IMG/VR virus record: IMGVR_UViG_3300037601_000123
Coordinates: 1-41,713 of that record
Origin: a virus
Lineage: Duplodnaviria; Caudoviricetes
Length of the DNA: 41,713 bases
Direction: 5' to 3' (one strand)
Numbering within the stretch: position 1 is the stretch's first letter; the number at the start of each line of letters is the position of its first letter. The position numbers and the translations under genes were made by a program. Below are positions 24,621 through 34,300 of the stretch, piece after piece. Under the pieces are notes generated by a model, which worked only from the letters and a program-made list of their open reading frames with translations, was not told where the DNA came from and searched no databases.

Positions 24621-24931
24621 TCGACTTCGCTGGCGATGTAGACCGCATGTTCGCAGACCCGCAGGGGTTCGGCGCGGATGCGGTCTACACGCCGTCAGGC
24701 GGCTCTCCGATGGAGGTCCGGATCGTCCCGGTTCTGCCCGATGAGATCGAGCGTTTCGGCGACACGCGTCTGAGCACAGAGACGTCCGAGTTTCTCATCC
24801 CGGTGTCGGCCGTCGCTGAACCTGTGGCCGGAGACGCGATCCTCTACGATGGAGACCTCTACCGCGTGCAGGGTCAGCCGCAAAGGGACGAGCGCCGGGT
24901 CATGTGGCGCATTGAAGCGAGGCCGGAATGA
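24617..24931 (+). CDS. Head-tail joining protein
   Basis: Size, position and A.YTP.GG...P.AGD.I...G..Y.V pattern. Confidence 0.75.
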   Translation: MIDFAGDVDRMFADPQGFGADAVYTPSGGSPMEVRIVPVLPDEIERFGDTRLSTETSEFLIPVSAVAEPVAGDAILYDGDLYRVQGQPQRDERRVMWRIEARPE

Positions 24932-25566
24932 AGTTCGGAGCGGAGTGGGCCCCTGATTTTGCGACGCTCATGAGGTCCGTTGATGAGGACGGGGCCCGCG
25001 CGACTTCGCTGGCAATGCGATCCGCCGGCCGCGATCTCAAGAACGAATTTCGTCGTCGCATCGCGACCGCGGGATTGGGCAAGCGTCTCGGCTACACAAT
25101 CCGCGACAGGTCTTACCCCGAGCGCTCCAATAGCCTTGATGCGGCGGCACTTGTCTGGACGAAAGCGCCGCACATCCTCGGTCCGCATGTCAGGGGTGAG
25201 ATCATCAGATCGTCAAAGGGTCGGTGGCTGGCTGTTCCGACCGAGGCCGCAGGTCGTGCGGCAGGCGGTCGGCGTATGACACCAGCGGATTGGGAACAAC
25301 GCACCGGGCTGCGGCTGCGCGCCGTGTTTCGACCCGGGCGTCCCGGCCTCCTGGTTGCCGACGATGCCCGGGTGAACAAGCGGGGCCTGGCGCGTCGCAA
25401 GGGGGGGCGTCGGCGCAAGGATGGCATTCTGACCGGCGCTCAGACGGTCGTCATCTTCATCCTTGTGCCTCAGGTGGGGCTGCGGAAGCGCGTCGATCTC
25501 CTGCAGGCAGCGCAGGCGGTCATTGCGACCGTTCCGAGCCGAATCGAGGCCAACTGGAAGGACTGA
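24928..25566 (+). CDS. DUF6441-like neck/tail completion protein
   Basis: AGLGKRLG.TIR...YP...SLDAAALVWTKAP...WLAVPT...IFILVPQV.LRKR. Confidence 0.7.
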   Translation: MKFGAEWAPDFATLMRSVDEDGARATSLAMRSAGRDLKNEFRRRIATAGLGKRLGYTIRDRSYPERSNSLDAAALVWTKAPHILGPHVRGEIIRSSKGRWLAVPTEAAGRAAGGRRMTPADWEQRTGLRLRAVFRPGRPGLLVADDARVNKRGLARRKGGRRRKDGILTGAQTVVIFILVPQVGLRKRVDLLQAAQAVIATVPSRIEANWKD

Positions 25567-25568
25567 GC

Positions 25569-25991
25569 ATGACGACAAAATCGGAGACCGTCCTGACTGC
25601 GCTTTTCACAGCCCTGTCGGGGATGACCGGCCCGACGGTCCTTCGCAACGCGGACTACCCTGAGAAAACCAACGCAAGCGGTCTGGTCATCCTGCGGGAC
25701 GGTGAACCAGGCGAACCCGAGGTCACCCTCTCGCCGCTGTCATACGATTATGAGCATGTCGCCCTGATCGAGGTGATGGTCCAGTCAGACGACAATGACG
25801 CCAACTTCGACGTTGTGAAGACGAAGATCGGCCTTGCGATCGCTGCGGACCGGACATTGGGCGGTCTTTGCGACTGGGTGGAGGCGGAGGCCCCGGTGAC
25901 AGACGACCTCGCAGTCTATGCGACGACATCCATCAAGGCCGTGGCCATCCCGGTCCGGCTTTTCTACTCGACCAGCGATCCGCTGGCCTGA
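25569..25991 (+). CDS. Tail terminator-like protein
   Basis: LRDGEPGEPEVTLSPL.Y...ADRTLGGLCDWVEA; directly before tail tube. Confidence 0.7.
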   Translation: MTTKSETVLTALFTALSGMTGPTVLRNADYPEKTNASGLVILRDGEPGEPEVTLSPLSYDYEHVALIEVMVQSDDNDANFDVVKTKIGLAIAADRTLGGLCDWVEAEAPVTDDLAVYATTSIKAVAIPVRLFYSTSDPLA

Positions 25992-26016
25992 CTGACTTCA
26001 AAAAGGAGAAATCGAA

Positions 26017-26961
26017 ATGGGACGAGCCTATGGCGGGCGCGCGCTGATGGCGCTTGCATTTGAATCCACCTATGGCACCGCACCCGGGTCCGGTTTTCTC
26101 CAGATGCCCTTCGTGTCGTCCCAGCTTGGCGCGTCACAGGAGCTTCTGGAATCGGAACTTCTGGGGTCCGGGCGCGATCCGCTGGATCCGGACCTCGATG
26201 TGGTCGTGGCGGATGGCAATATCGTGGTCCCGGTCGACACCGGGGCATTCGGCAACTGGCTGAAGTTGCTCTTCGGAGATCCGACGACGACCGGATCGTC
26301 TGATCCATACACGCATGTGTTTGAGTCCGCCGGTTACGATCTGCCCTCGGCTTCGATCGAGTTCGGCTATCCCGAGGTGCCGCACTACGCGATGAATGTC
26401 GGGGTCAAGGCCGATACGCTGGAAATGTCCTGGCAGAGGTCCGGTCGCCTTACCGCTCAGATCGGCTTGATCGCTCAGGGTGAGGATCCCCCGGCTTCGA
26501 CTTCCTCGGCTGGAACGCCGACTGGATACACGGCAGAACGCTTTGCCAACCGCCACGGTTCGATCACGCGGGGCGGCGCCGACCTGGGCAACGTGACCTC
26601 GGCAACCCTGCGGTATTCGAACAACCTCGACCGGATTGAGGAGGTGCGCGATGATGGCAAGCTGGGAGGTGTCGATGAAGCCCAGGCGTCATTGTCCGGA
26701 CAGTTGGTGATGCGCCATGCTTCGACGGCACTGATTTCGGCCGCCGTCGCCGGGACGCCGGCAGCAATGACGCTGGAACTCGCCCGGTCGGGGACGCGGT
26801 CGCTCGTCTTCGCAATGCCGCGGGTGTTCCTGTCGCGTCCGAAGGTCGGTCCACAGGGCCCGGGCGGTGTCGAGGTCACCTATGACTGGATCGCTTCGAT
26901 TGCCACCAACGGCGATCCGATGCTGGAAGCGACCCTGACCAGCGCGGTGGATGCCTACTGA
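26017..26961 (+). CDS. Tail tube protein
   Basis: AFESTYGTAP...PFVSSQLG...ELLG.GRDP...LPSASIE. Confidence 0.85.
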   Translation: MGRAYGGRALMALAFESTYGTAPGSGFLQMPFVSSQLGASQELLESELLGSGRDPLDPDLDVVVADGNIVVPVDTGAFGNWLKLLFGDPTTTGSSDPYTHVFESAGYDLPSASIEFGYPEVPHYAMNVGVKADTLEMSWQRSGRLTAQIGLIAQGEDPPASTSSAGTPTGYTAERFANRHGSITRGGADLGNVTSATLRYSNNLDRIEEVRDDGKLGGVDEAQASLSGQLVMRHASTALISAAVAGTPAAMTLELARSGTRSLVFAMPRVFLSRPKVGPQGPGGVEVTYDWIASIATNGDPMLEATLTSAVDAY

Positions 26962-27392
26962 TGATCACACTTGACCTGCAAAAGGGCCCCGCCTGGTACG
27001 ACCTGGTGTGGGACGTTCGCATTCGCGCTCTACCACTGACGACCGAGACCCGACTTGTCGCCGCTGAGGCGATCGGCCCGGCCGAAGATCCGGACGCCCC
27101 GCCGTCGCAACGACGCCAACTCGCCTGGGCAAAGGCCGTCGCGGCGGAAGTGATCCAGGATTGGGAAGGTGTCGGGGATGTCGAAGGGAATCCGATACCG
27201 GTTTCAGATGCCGCGATTTCCGCCCTACTCGACAACATCGACCTCTACATGGCGTTCCGGTCGGAGTACCTGAACCCTGCACTGGCGGTGGCCTCGGAGG
27301 GAAACGGCTCCGCGCCCTTGCCGAGTGGTACTTCGGACAAGGGCGCGAGTACTGCAGCCGATGCGAAACCCGGTGCGAAGATTGCCCGCTGA
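26961..27392 (+). CDS. Tail assembly chaperone (gpG-like)
   Basis: IQDWEGVGD.EGNPIPVS; contains slippery GGGAAAC. Confidence 0.8.
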   Translation: MITLDLQKGPAWYDLVWDVRIRALPLTTETRLVAAEAIGPAEDPDAPPSQRRQLAWAKAVAAEVIQDWEGVGDVEGNPIPVSDAAISALLDNIDLYMAFRSEYLNPALAVASEGNGSAPLPSGTSDKGASTAADAKPGAKIAR

Positions 27393-27640
27393 AGGTCAAC
27401 CGGCCACTCTCTTATCAGGGGGCTCAGGTTTGGGATATCGCCCGCCGAATGCAGAACCAGGTGCGCCTCGTGGCAGGCTTGAAGGGCGTCACCTTGATCG
27501 GTTTCGACATGGGGGTAGCTTTCCAGATGGCAAATGCGATGGCGGTCGATCCGACCGCCATCGCGATCTTTTTCCCCGAAATAGAGGCGGCGGCCGTGGC
27601 GGCGTTTCAAGCGACAAAAGGGTCTGACGAGGATGGCTAA
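27299..27640 (+). CDS. -1 frameshift extension of tail chaperone (gpGT-like)
   Basis: G-GGA-AAC at 27299-27305 shifts into KRLRALAEWYFG...YCSRCETRCEDCP...QVWD. Confidence 0.8.
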   Translation, partial: GKRLRALAEWYFGQGREYCSRCETRCEDCPLKVNRPLSYQGAQVWDIARRMQNQVRLVAGLKGVTLIGFDMGVAFQMANAMAVDPTAIAIFFPEIEAAAVAAFQATKGSDEDG

Positions 27641-29825
27641 GCAGGTATCTGTCCGGCTGGTGTCCCAGGGTGGCGCAGAACTCAAAGCGGAATTCGCCGG
27701 CATCGGGCAGGCTGGGGAGCAGGCGTTCCGAAAGATTGATAGCCAGACCAAATCCACGACGGCCTCTGCCAAGGACTTCGAAGCCGCGATGCGGAAAGAT
27801 CAGCGACAGGTCGATCGGCTGAAAGCCTCTCTGGATCCGCTCCACCGATCGTCGATGCTGTATTCGCAGGCGGTCAACCAAATCAATGCGAGCCTCGCCA
27901 AGGGACTTATTCCTCAACAGGAGGCGATCCGGCTCACGGACCTGGCCAAACAGAAGTTTGCGGGCATGTCGACGGGCATTAACAGCGTGTCCGCCGCCGC
28001 CAACCGCAATAGTCCTGTGATGCGTGCCATGAGCCTGCAGCTCAGCCAGGTCGCTCAGCAGGGCGCGGCGACCGGCGATTATGTCAAGGCTCTGGCCATC
28101 CAGCTTCCTGATCTCGCGCTCGGCTTCGGGACGGTCGGTATCCTCGCAGGTGTCGCCGCGGGCGCCCTTCTCCCGCTGGCCGTCAACGCGCTCAAGGGCG
28201 AGGAAGCTGTCGCATCCCTCGCCGACACGATCGATGAACTGGGGGCGGCGGTAGCCCGGGTTGAGGCGGCCGCAGCAAACTCCGGCCTCGGAGCGTCCGA
28301 ACTCCAGCAGCGATATCGAGGGCTTTCGGAAGAGGCGCGCGATTTCTTCGAAATCGAACGGCAGATCGCGGGCCTTCGCGCGGGTGAAGCCCTGAAGAGC
28401 GCGGCGCGAAGCCTGGCCGGGGAACTGGACGTCGGGGGGTCTATAGGGATCGATCCTGATCAGATCCGCGACGCTTCCGCCGCGATGGACGACCTGCGCA
28501 ACCGTATCAGCGAGCTCGATGCGGTGAGAGCAGACGCCGGTATCACCGCGGTGGAGTTGGCCCGTGCGGAGGCGGCGGCCCTCCAGGACCAGTTGGACGC
28601 CGTCAGCGACGTCGTTCTAGGTTTCGAAAGCCTTGCGGACACCCTCGGCATAGCCGACCACGAGGCGCAGGAAGTCGCTGCGCGGTTTGCTGAAATTGAG
28701 CAGGCCGAAGGCGCGCGCGCGCAGGCTGATGCTATGATCTCGCTCGTGCGGTATATCTCGGACGTGTCCGACAACCTATCCGATGCGGAAGAGGGTGGTC
28801 GGGAGCTTTACGATCGATTGATCGAGGCGACACAACAAGCACTTGTATTCGCCGGTGTTGAGATTTCCGGGCCAGTTTCAGCGGCCGCCGCCGAGGCTGA
28901 ACGGTTGGCAGCCGCGATGTCGCGTGTCAATCTCTTGAAGGCGCAGAGGCCCGGACTGTCTGGGGTTCTGGCAGACGAAGACTTGGCGATGTCGCAGGTC
29001 GTGTTGCTCGGGGCTGAGGAACGTGCATCCAAGCGAGCCGAACTGGCCAATTTTCTGAAGCCCAAAAAGACGAGACGAGGTGGTGGCGCTTCTGCGGCTC
29101 AGAAAGAACAGAATGAGCTGATGCGCGATGCAGAGCGCATTTACAAGTCGACGCGAACGGAGGCCGAAAAATTTAACGAGGCCGTCAGGGAAGCCGACCA
29201 GCTGCTCGCATCTGGCCTGATCACCCAGGACACCTACAACCGCCATCTTGAGGACCTGAACGAAACCTTCCGAGACATGGATGGTCTGAAGGAGCTGCGC
29301 GAGGGGATCGAGGAGATTTCGGACGCCATTGCCAATGCCATCGTCAACGGCGAGAATCTCGGCGATGCCATGGGTAAGGTTTTTCGGAAAATCGCATCCG
29401 ACCTCATCTCGTCCGGGATCCAGAAGCTGTTGATGCAGACCTTCGGATTTGACGGAGGTGGAATATTTGGCCCGCTTGTGGACAACCCATTTAGCTTGAA
29501 ACAGCCGACCGGCATGCTGTCCGGCCTCGGGATTGGCGGTTCGTTCGACGGTGGCGGCCATACGGGGAGCGGCCCGCGTACTGGCGGTCTGGACGGCAAG
29601 GGTGGGTTTCTGGCGATGCTCCACCCCCAGGAACGCATTATTGATGAATACAGGGGGCAGGGCGGCGGGGGAGTTATTCAGCTGGTCGTGCGCCAGGAAC
29701 CGGGAACGATCGTCGAGATCGTTCGCAACACGACCGGCGCGATGATCCAGATGAACAATGAGGCGCAGGACGCCGCGTTGCCGTCGAAGATCAGCCATTT
29801 CAACAAAGACCCGAGGGTGCTGTAA
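27633..29825 (+). CDS. Tape measure protein
   Basis: 730 aa Ala-rich helical; QLSQVAQQ..., C-terminal FDGGGHTG..PR.GGLDGKGGFLAMLHPQE. Confidence 0.9.
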   Translation: MAKQVSVRLVSQGGAELKAEFAGIGQAGEQAFRKIDSQTKSTTASAKDFEAAMRKDQRQVDRLKASLDPLHRSSMLYSQAVNQINASLAKGLIPQQEAIRLTDLAKQKFAGMSTGINSVSAAANRNSPVMRAMSLQLSQVAQQGAATGDYVKALAIQLPDLALGFGTVGILAGVAAGALLPLAVNALKGEEAVASLADTIDELGAAVARVEAAAANSGLGASELQQRYRGLSEEARDFFEIERQIAGLRAGEALKSAARSLAGELDVGGSIGIDPDQIRDASAAMDDLRNRISELDAVRADAGITAVELARAEAAALQDQLDAVSDVVLGFESLADTLGIADHEAQEVAARFAEIEQAEGARAQADAMISLVRYISDVSDNLSDAEEGGRELYDRLIEATQQALVFAGVEISGPVSAAAAEAERLAAAMSRVNLLKAQRPGLSGVLADEDLAMSQVVLLGAEERASKRAELANFLKPKKTRRGGGASAAQKEQNELMRDAERIYKSTRTEAEKFNEAVREADQLLASGLITQDTYNRHLEDLNETFRDMDGLKELREGIEEISDAIANAIVNGENLGDAMGKVFRKIASDLISSGIQKLLMQTFGFDGGGIFGPLVDNPFSLKQPTGMLSGLGIGGSFDGGGHTGSGPRTGGLDGKGGFLAMLHPQERIIDEYRGQGGGGVIQLVVRQEPGTIVEIVRNTTGAMIQMNNEAQDAALPSKISHFNKDPRVL

Positions 29826-30394
29826 TGCCCAGCCTTTCTCTCGCAGACTTCCTGAGCGGTCTCGCGGTCGTGTCGGCCCGCGCATTTCCGGACATCAACA
29901 CATCGACGGACGAGACCGGCGCAGGGCAGCTCAACAGAGCGACCTTCGGGACGCGCCTGTGGACCGGAGATCTGACGATCAAGCGGCTGCGCTTTGCGGA
30001 TTCCGATGCATTGGCCGCCAAGGTTCAATATCTCGAAGAAGCCGATGTCTCTTTCCGGTTTTGTCCAGTGCATTACCTGGAGAACGCCGCCACTACCGGA
30101 ACCGTTGATGCCATCGATTCTGATCGGCGCGTGGTGACGTTGAATGAGGCAAGGCCGGACGGCGACATTTTCGGCATCACCTTTGCCACCTCCAAGCGCT
30201 CTATGCATCAGGTGGTGTCGCGGTCAGGCTTCGTCCACACGGTCGTGCCTCCTCTGCCTTTCGGAGTTGTGCCTTCGGACGTGACAACCTACGGGCGCCC
30301 CGAGATAGACGCAGTCCTCACCTCAGCCAATCACCCGGCCTTCAAGCGGTACAAGGCCGACGGTTTTCGACTCTACTGGAAGCAGACCTACTGA
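29825..30394 (+). CDS. Distal tail protein candidate
   Basis: Position after tape measure, TAATG coupling. Confidence 0.55.
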   Translation: MPSLSLADFLSGLAVVSARAFPDINTSTDETGAGQLNRATFGTRLWTGDLTIKRLRFADSDALAAKVQYLEEADVSFRFCPVHYLENAATTGTVDAIDSDRRVVTLNEARPDGDIFGITFATSKRSMHQVVSRSGFVHTVVPPLPFGVVPSDVTTYGRPEIDAVLTSANHPAFKRYKADGFRLYWKQTY

Positions 30395-30984
30395 TGCTCT
30401 GGGATAGTGGTGCGCAAACCTTCCTCTCCGGGGGAGGGCAGCCGAACTTTCATCTTGCCCTCACGATCACGCCGATCCTGATCTCCACCGGCAACCCGGT
30501 GTCCGTGGGATACTGGACGGGAATGGAGGATATCGACCTCCCGCTCGGCGGTGTAACGGAGACGCTCTTCGCTTCCAAAGGGGCGCTCGATGGCGATAAC
30601 CCGACCTATGCGGCGGGGACGGATATCCGCCGCCTCAAAGTCTGGATGAACGGGCTCTCACAACAGGCCCTCGATCTGATCTCGGCTTATGACATCGAGC
30701 AATGCCCGGCAGCTTTCTGGCAGCTCTGTTTTTCGCAGGGCATGGAATTCAAGGGCGCCCGCCGCCTCTTCAAGGGGTGGGTCGATGAGCCGGAGCAAAC
30801 CGTCGGGCCCAAGGGCGGCACGTCCCGGTTCGCCCTGACCCTCGCCTCGACGGCGCGGGCAGGCACCAAGACGGTGCCGCTCAAGAAGTCGCACCAGAGT
30901 TACCTGCGCCGCGGCGGGGATACCGCCATGGAGTATGCTTCGCTGCTTGATGCGGATTCCGATTGGTGGGGGCCGCGCGGATGA
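30394..30984 (+). CDS. Tail tip/hub protein candidate
   Basis: VGYWTG...LFKGWVD...KKSHQSY..R.GD pattern and position. Confidence 0.6.
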   Translation: MLWDSGAQTFLSGGGQPNFHLALTITPILISTGNPVSVGYWTGMEDIDLPLGGVTETLFASKGALDGDNPTYAAGTDIRRLKVWMNGLSQQALDLISAYDIEQCPAAFWQLCFSQGMEFKGARRLFKGWVDEPEQTVGPKGGTSRFALTLASTARAGTKTVPLKKSHQSYLRRGGDTAMEYASLLDADSDWWGPRG

Positions 30985-31379
30985 CCCGGCGCACTGACTG
31001 GCGGGCGCGCCTGACCGCTGAGCTTCGGAACTGGAAGGATCGGCCTTTCGAATACGGTCGGGCTGACTGCGCGCTATTCGCCGCCGCCTGTGTCAAGGCG
31101 ATGACCGGAACCGATCTGGCGCGCGGGTTGCGGGGCTATCGGACCGAAGCGGAGGGGCTGCGCAAAGTCCGGGCCAAGGGCTTTGCCTCACATGTCGCGG
31201 TGTTCGAAGCCTCTCTGAAGCCGACCGACCGGCCGCGTGCAGGTGATGTCGCCATCGTTGAGATCGACCGCCGGGAAGCAACAGGCATCGTGCAGGGCAG
31301 GGGTGTTTATCTGATGTCGATCAACCGCGGTCTGGTCCTGGTGCCGCGCAGCTGGATCGTTCGGAGCCTCGCTGTCTGA
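30981..31379 (+). CDS. NlpC/P60-like (DUF6950) tail protein
   Basis: DWRARL...PFEYGRADCALFAAACV.AMTG.D. Confidence 0.8.
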   Translation: MTRRTDWRARLTAELRNWKDRPFEYGRADCALFAAACVKAMTGTDLARGLRGYRTEAEGLRKVRAKGFASHVAVFEASLKPTDRPRAGDVAIVEIDRREATGIVQGRGVYLMSINRGLVLVPRSWIVRSLAV

Positions 31380-34300
31380 TGGCCGGTCTGATCGTAAATG
31401 CCATCGTGGGCGGGTTGACCGCAGCCGGGGTTGCAGTCGGAACGATTGGCGTTGCGCTCATCCAGATCGGGGTGGGTCTGGCCTACTCCGCGATCTCCCA
31501 GGCGCTGCAGAAGAAGAAAAAGACCGAGGCTCCAGGCATCCGGAGCAAGTTCACAGGGCAGGGCGATGTCTCGCCGCAGACGATTGTTCTCGGGCTTTAT
31601 GCGACTGCCGGCCACATGATGGCACCCTATTACACCCACAGCCGTGCCGCGGCCGGGGGCGGCGACAACAACTTCGGGGCCATAGGGTCGGGCGATTACG
31701 CGACCTTCCTCATCAACCTGTCCGACGCGCAGATCACCTCCGTGACTGCTCTATATGTCGATGGCGTCCGGTTCGATGTCGGAACGCACCTGGCCGGAAC
31801 GGGTCATCCGCACTATGGCACGCCGGTCGCATCCGGCGTCGAGCGGGACGACTATGTCGGCAAGCTCTGGCTCAAAGTCTACGACGGCACGCAGACGGCG
31901 GCAGACCCTTACCTGCTTGCCGCTTATGGGTCGCATCCGGACCGGCCCTGGAAGGCGACGAGCTGGCACCGGGGTGGTGCCTACGCCATTGTCACGGTCA
32001 AACGCGACACCAAGCTGTTCCGCGGCATTCCGAGCTTCCGGTTCGAAGTGCAGGGGATGCCGCTCTACGATCCCCGCGACCTCTCGACGAGCTACTCGGT
32101 CAACCCCGCGCGGATGGTCTGGAATATCCTCCGGGGGATTACCCTGCCCGACGGGTCTGTCTACGGCATGAGTGTCGAAGAGGCAGATCTGCCCGCTGCG
32201 TGGTGGGACGCCGGACTGGACGAATGCGAGGTCCAGGTTGAAAACCAGGACAGCGGCTTCGAGGATCAATATCGGGCCGGGATCGAGATCCCGATCGCCA
32301 CGCCGGACGACGGCGGCATGGACCCACTGACGGCCATTGATGAGCTTCTTCCCGCGATGGCTGCCCAGGTGGCGGATCTGGGCGGGCAATGGATCATCCG
32401 GGTCGGCGCCCCGGGCCTGGCCGTCGAGACCTTCGATGACGGGGATGTGCTCAACAGCAAGGAAAAGACCTACCGGCCATTTGTCGGGCTGGCGGAGAAG
32501 CACAATTGCGTCGCCGCGACCTTCCCCTCTCCGGAGGCGAAGTGGGAGCCGATCGAGGCCCCGCTCTTTGTGAACCAGGGGGCGGTGGACAAGGACGGCC
32601 AGCAGCTGATCGCGAACCTCGATCTCGACACCGTGCCCTATGCCGACCAGGTGCAGCGTTTGATGGCGGCCTGGGGCAAGGATGCAGAGCGTCGGCGCAC
32701 GCATATCCCTGCTCTGCCGCCCTACAAGGACACAATGACCGTGCTGGATACGGTTGATGTGTCTTCGGCCCGGTTCGGCTATTCGGACAAGTCCTTCGAA
32801 GTGAGCCGCATGGTCCTCGATCTCCACTCCGGGACGTTCCAGATCGCGATGCGGGAGGTCGATCACGACGACTGGACCGTGGTCCCGGCCGAGTATCAGG
32901 CACAGGACGTGCCGAATGTCACTCGCCTGCCCGCGCCCGCTCTGACCATCACGAATTACACGGTGGCGAAGCACCAGATCACCGACGGGGCGAGCGACAA
33001 GAAACCGGCGATCCGCATTACCTGGACGTCGCCGAGCGAGAATCTCTCCGGCGTGGCCTGGCAGGTCTGGCGCGCGGGCGAGCTTGTCATCGAGGGCTCC
33101 ACGGCCGACGCTGGTGCAGGCGAGGTGATCCTCTCCGAAGGTATCCTGCCGGACATCGGCTATTCGGTGCGCATCAAGCCTTTGGCCGAGGCGCAGGCCA
33201 CCGCCTGGTCAGGTTTCGAGGTTGTTACGACCGACGACATACGGCCGAGCCTGTCCGACCTCGGTGACGATGTTTCCCAAAGCATAGAGACAGCGACGGG
33301 CATCGCGGAGACCGCCCGAGACATCGTCCTCAGCGTGAGCCGCAACCCATACTTTGAGCACGACCTGAATGGTTGGTTCAACGACACGGCCGGCACGGTC
33401 CCGAGTGAAGACATTGTGGGTTTGGCTATGGTGTCCGGGGGGCCGACTGCCAACAAGGCGGTGGAAGCCACGGGCCATCGGAACATTCATGGGTCCCTTT
33501 TCGCGGTGGAGACGGATCGCACTTATCGCGTCCGGTTTCGGGTCAAAGCCACGGGGGCCGGACCTAGCAGTGTCTGGGCAGGGGTCGCCACCTACGACGA
33601 GAATGGCACACTAGAAACCACTGCGCCGGGCACCCATCGATACGCAGCTGTACGCAATGGGTTCGTCCCTGTTGATGGTGAGTGGCACCTCTATGAGGGC
33701 ACAATTACCGGAACCGCTGCCTCGGATAATAGCTTTCGCCCAACCACGAAGTTCGTGCGACCCGTGGCTCTCCTCAACTACGTGCAGGACGGCACCTATG
33801 TCTGCGAGGTAGACGAGCTGTCCATCCGTGATGTCACGGAGAGCAAGGAAGCCGAAGCCTTTGCCAACGAGGCGGAAAGCCACGCGGCAACTGCGCTGGC
33901 CGAAGCGGATATTGCCGAGACGGAAGCAGGCTACGCTATCGATGCCGCCGCCGCCGCGGTGGCCGCGCGCGACGTGTCCGCCCGATCGTATTCCTCGGCG
34001 TTCAAGAACCCGATATTCGCGGGTTGGGACGGCACGTACCCACTTGGGGTCGCCGTCAATGCGTCGGGCGGGTCTTCGGTCGCGAAGGCCACCGACGGAG
34101 AGTTTGGCAACGTGCTGGTCCTTGGCACTGGCTCGGCGCTCACAGGCAATTATCCGACCGCATCTGTCGCCTCGACCCACAGCCAGTTCGAGCTGCCTCG
34201 CGGCGGCGATACGCTCGGGGTCCGGATTCGGATGGCCCTTGAGCTGGTCTCGGGCGCGTGGTCCGGGACGATGATCCGGGTCACCTGGAGCGGTGGCGCC

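Noticed and set aside
25224-25568. Long N-terminal extensions in the ORF track (also 38607, 12616, 7143, 1595)
   Set aside because: They overlap upstream genes or lack an RBS; RBS and ATGA coupling point to the shorter starts used above
31751-32974. 407-aa minus-strand ORF and similar ORFs inside the tail fibre
   Set aside because: Antisense shadows of a clear structural gene
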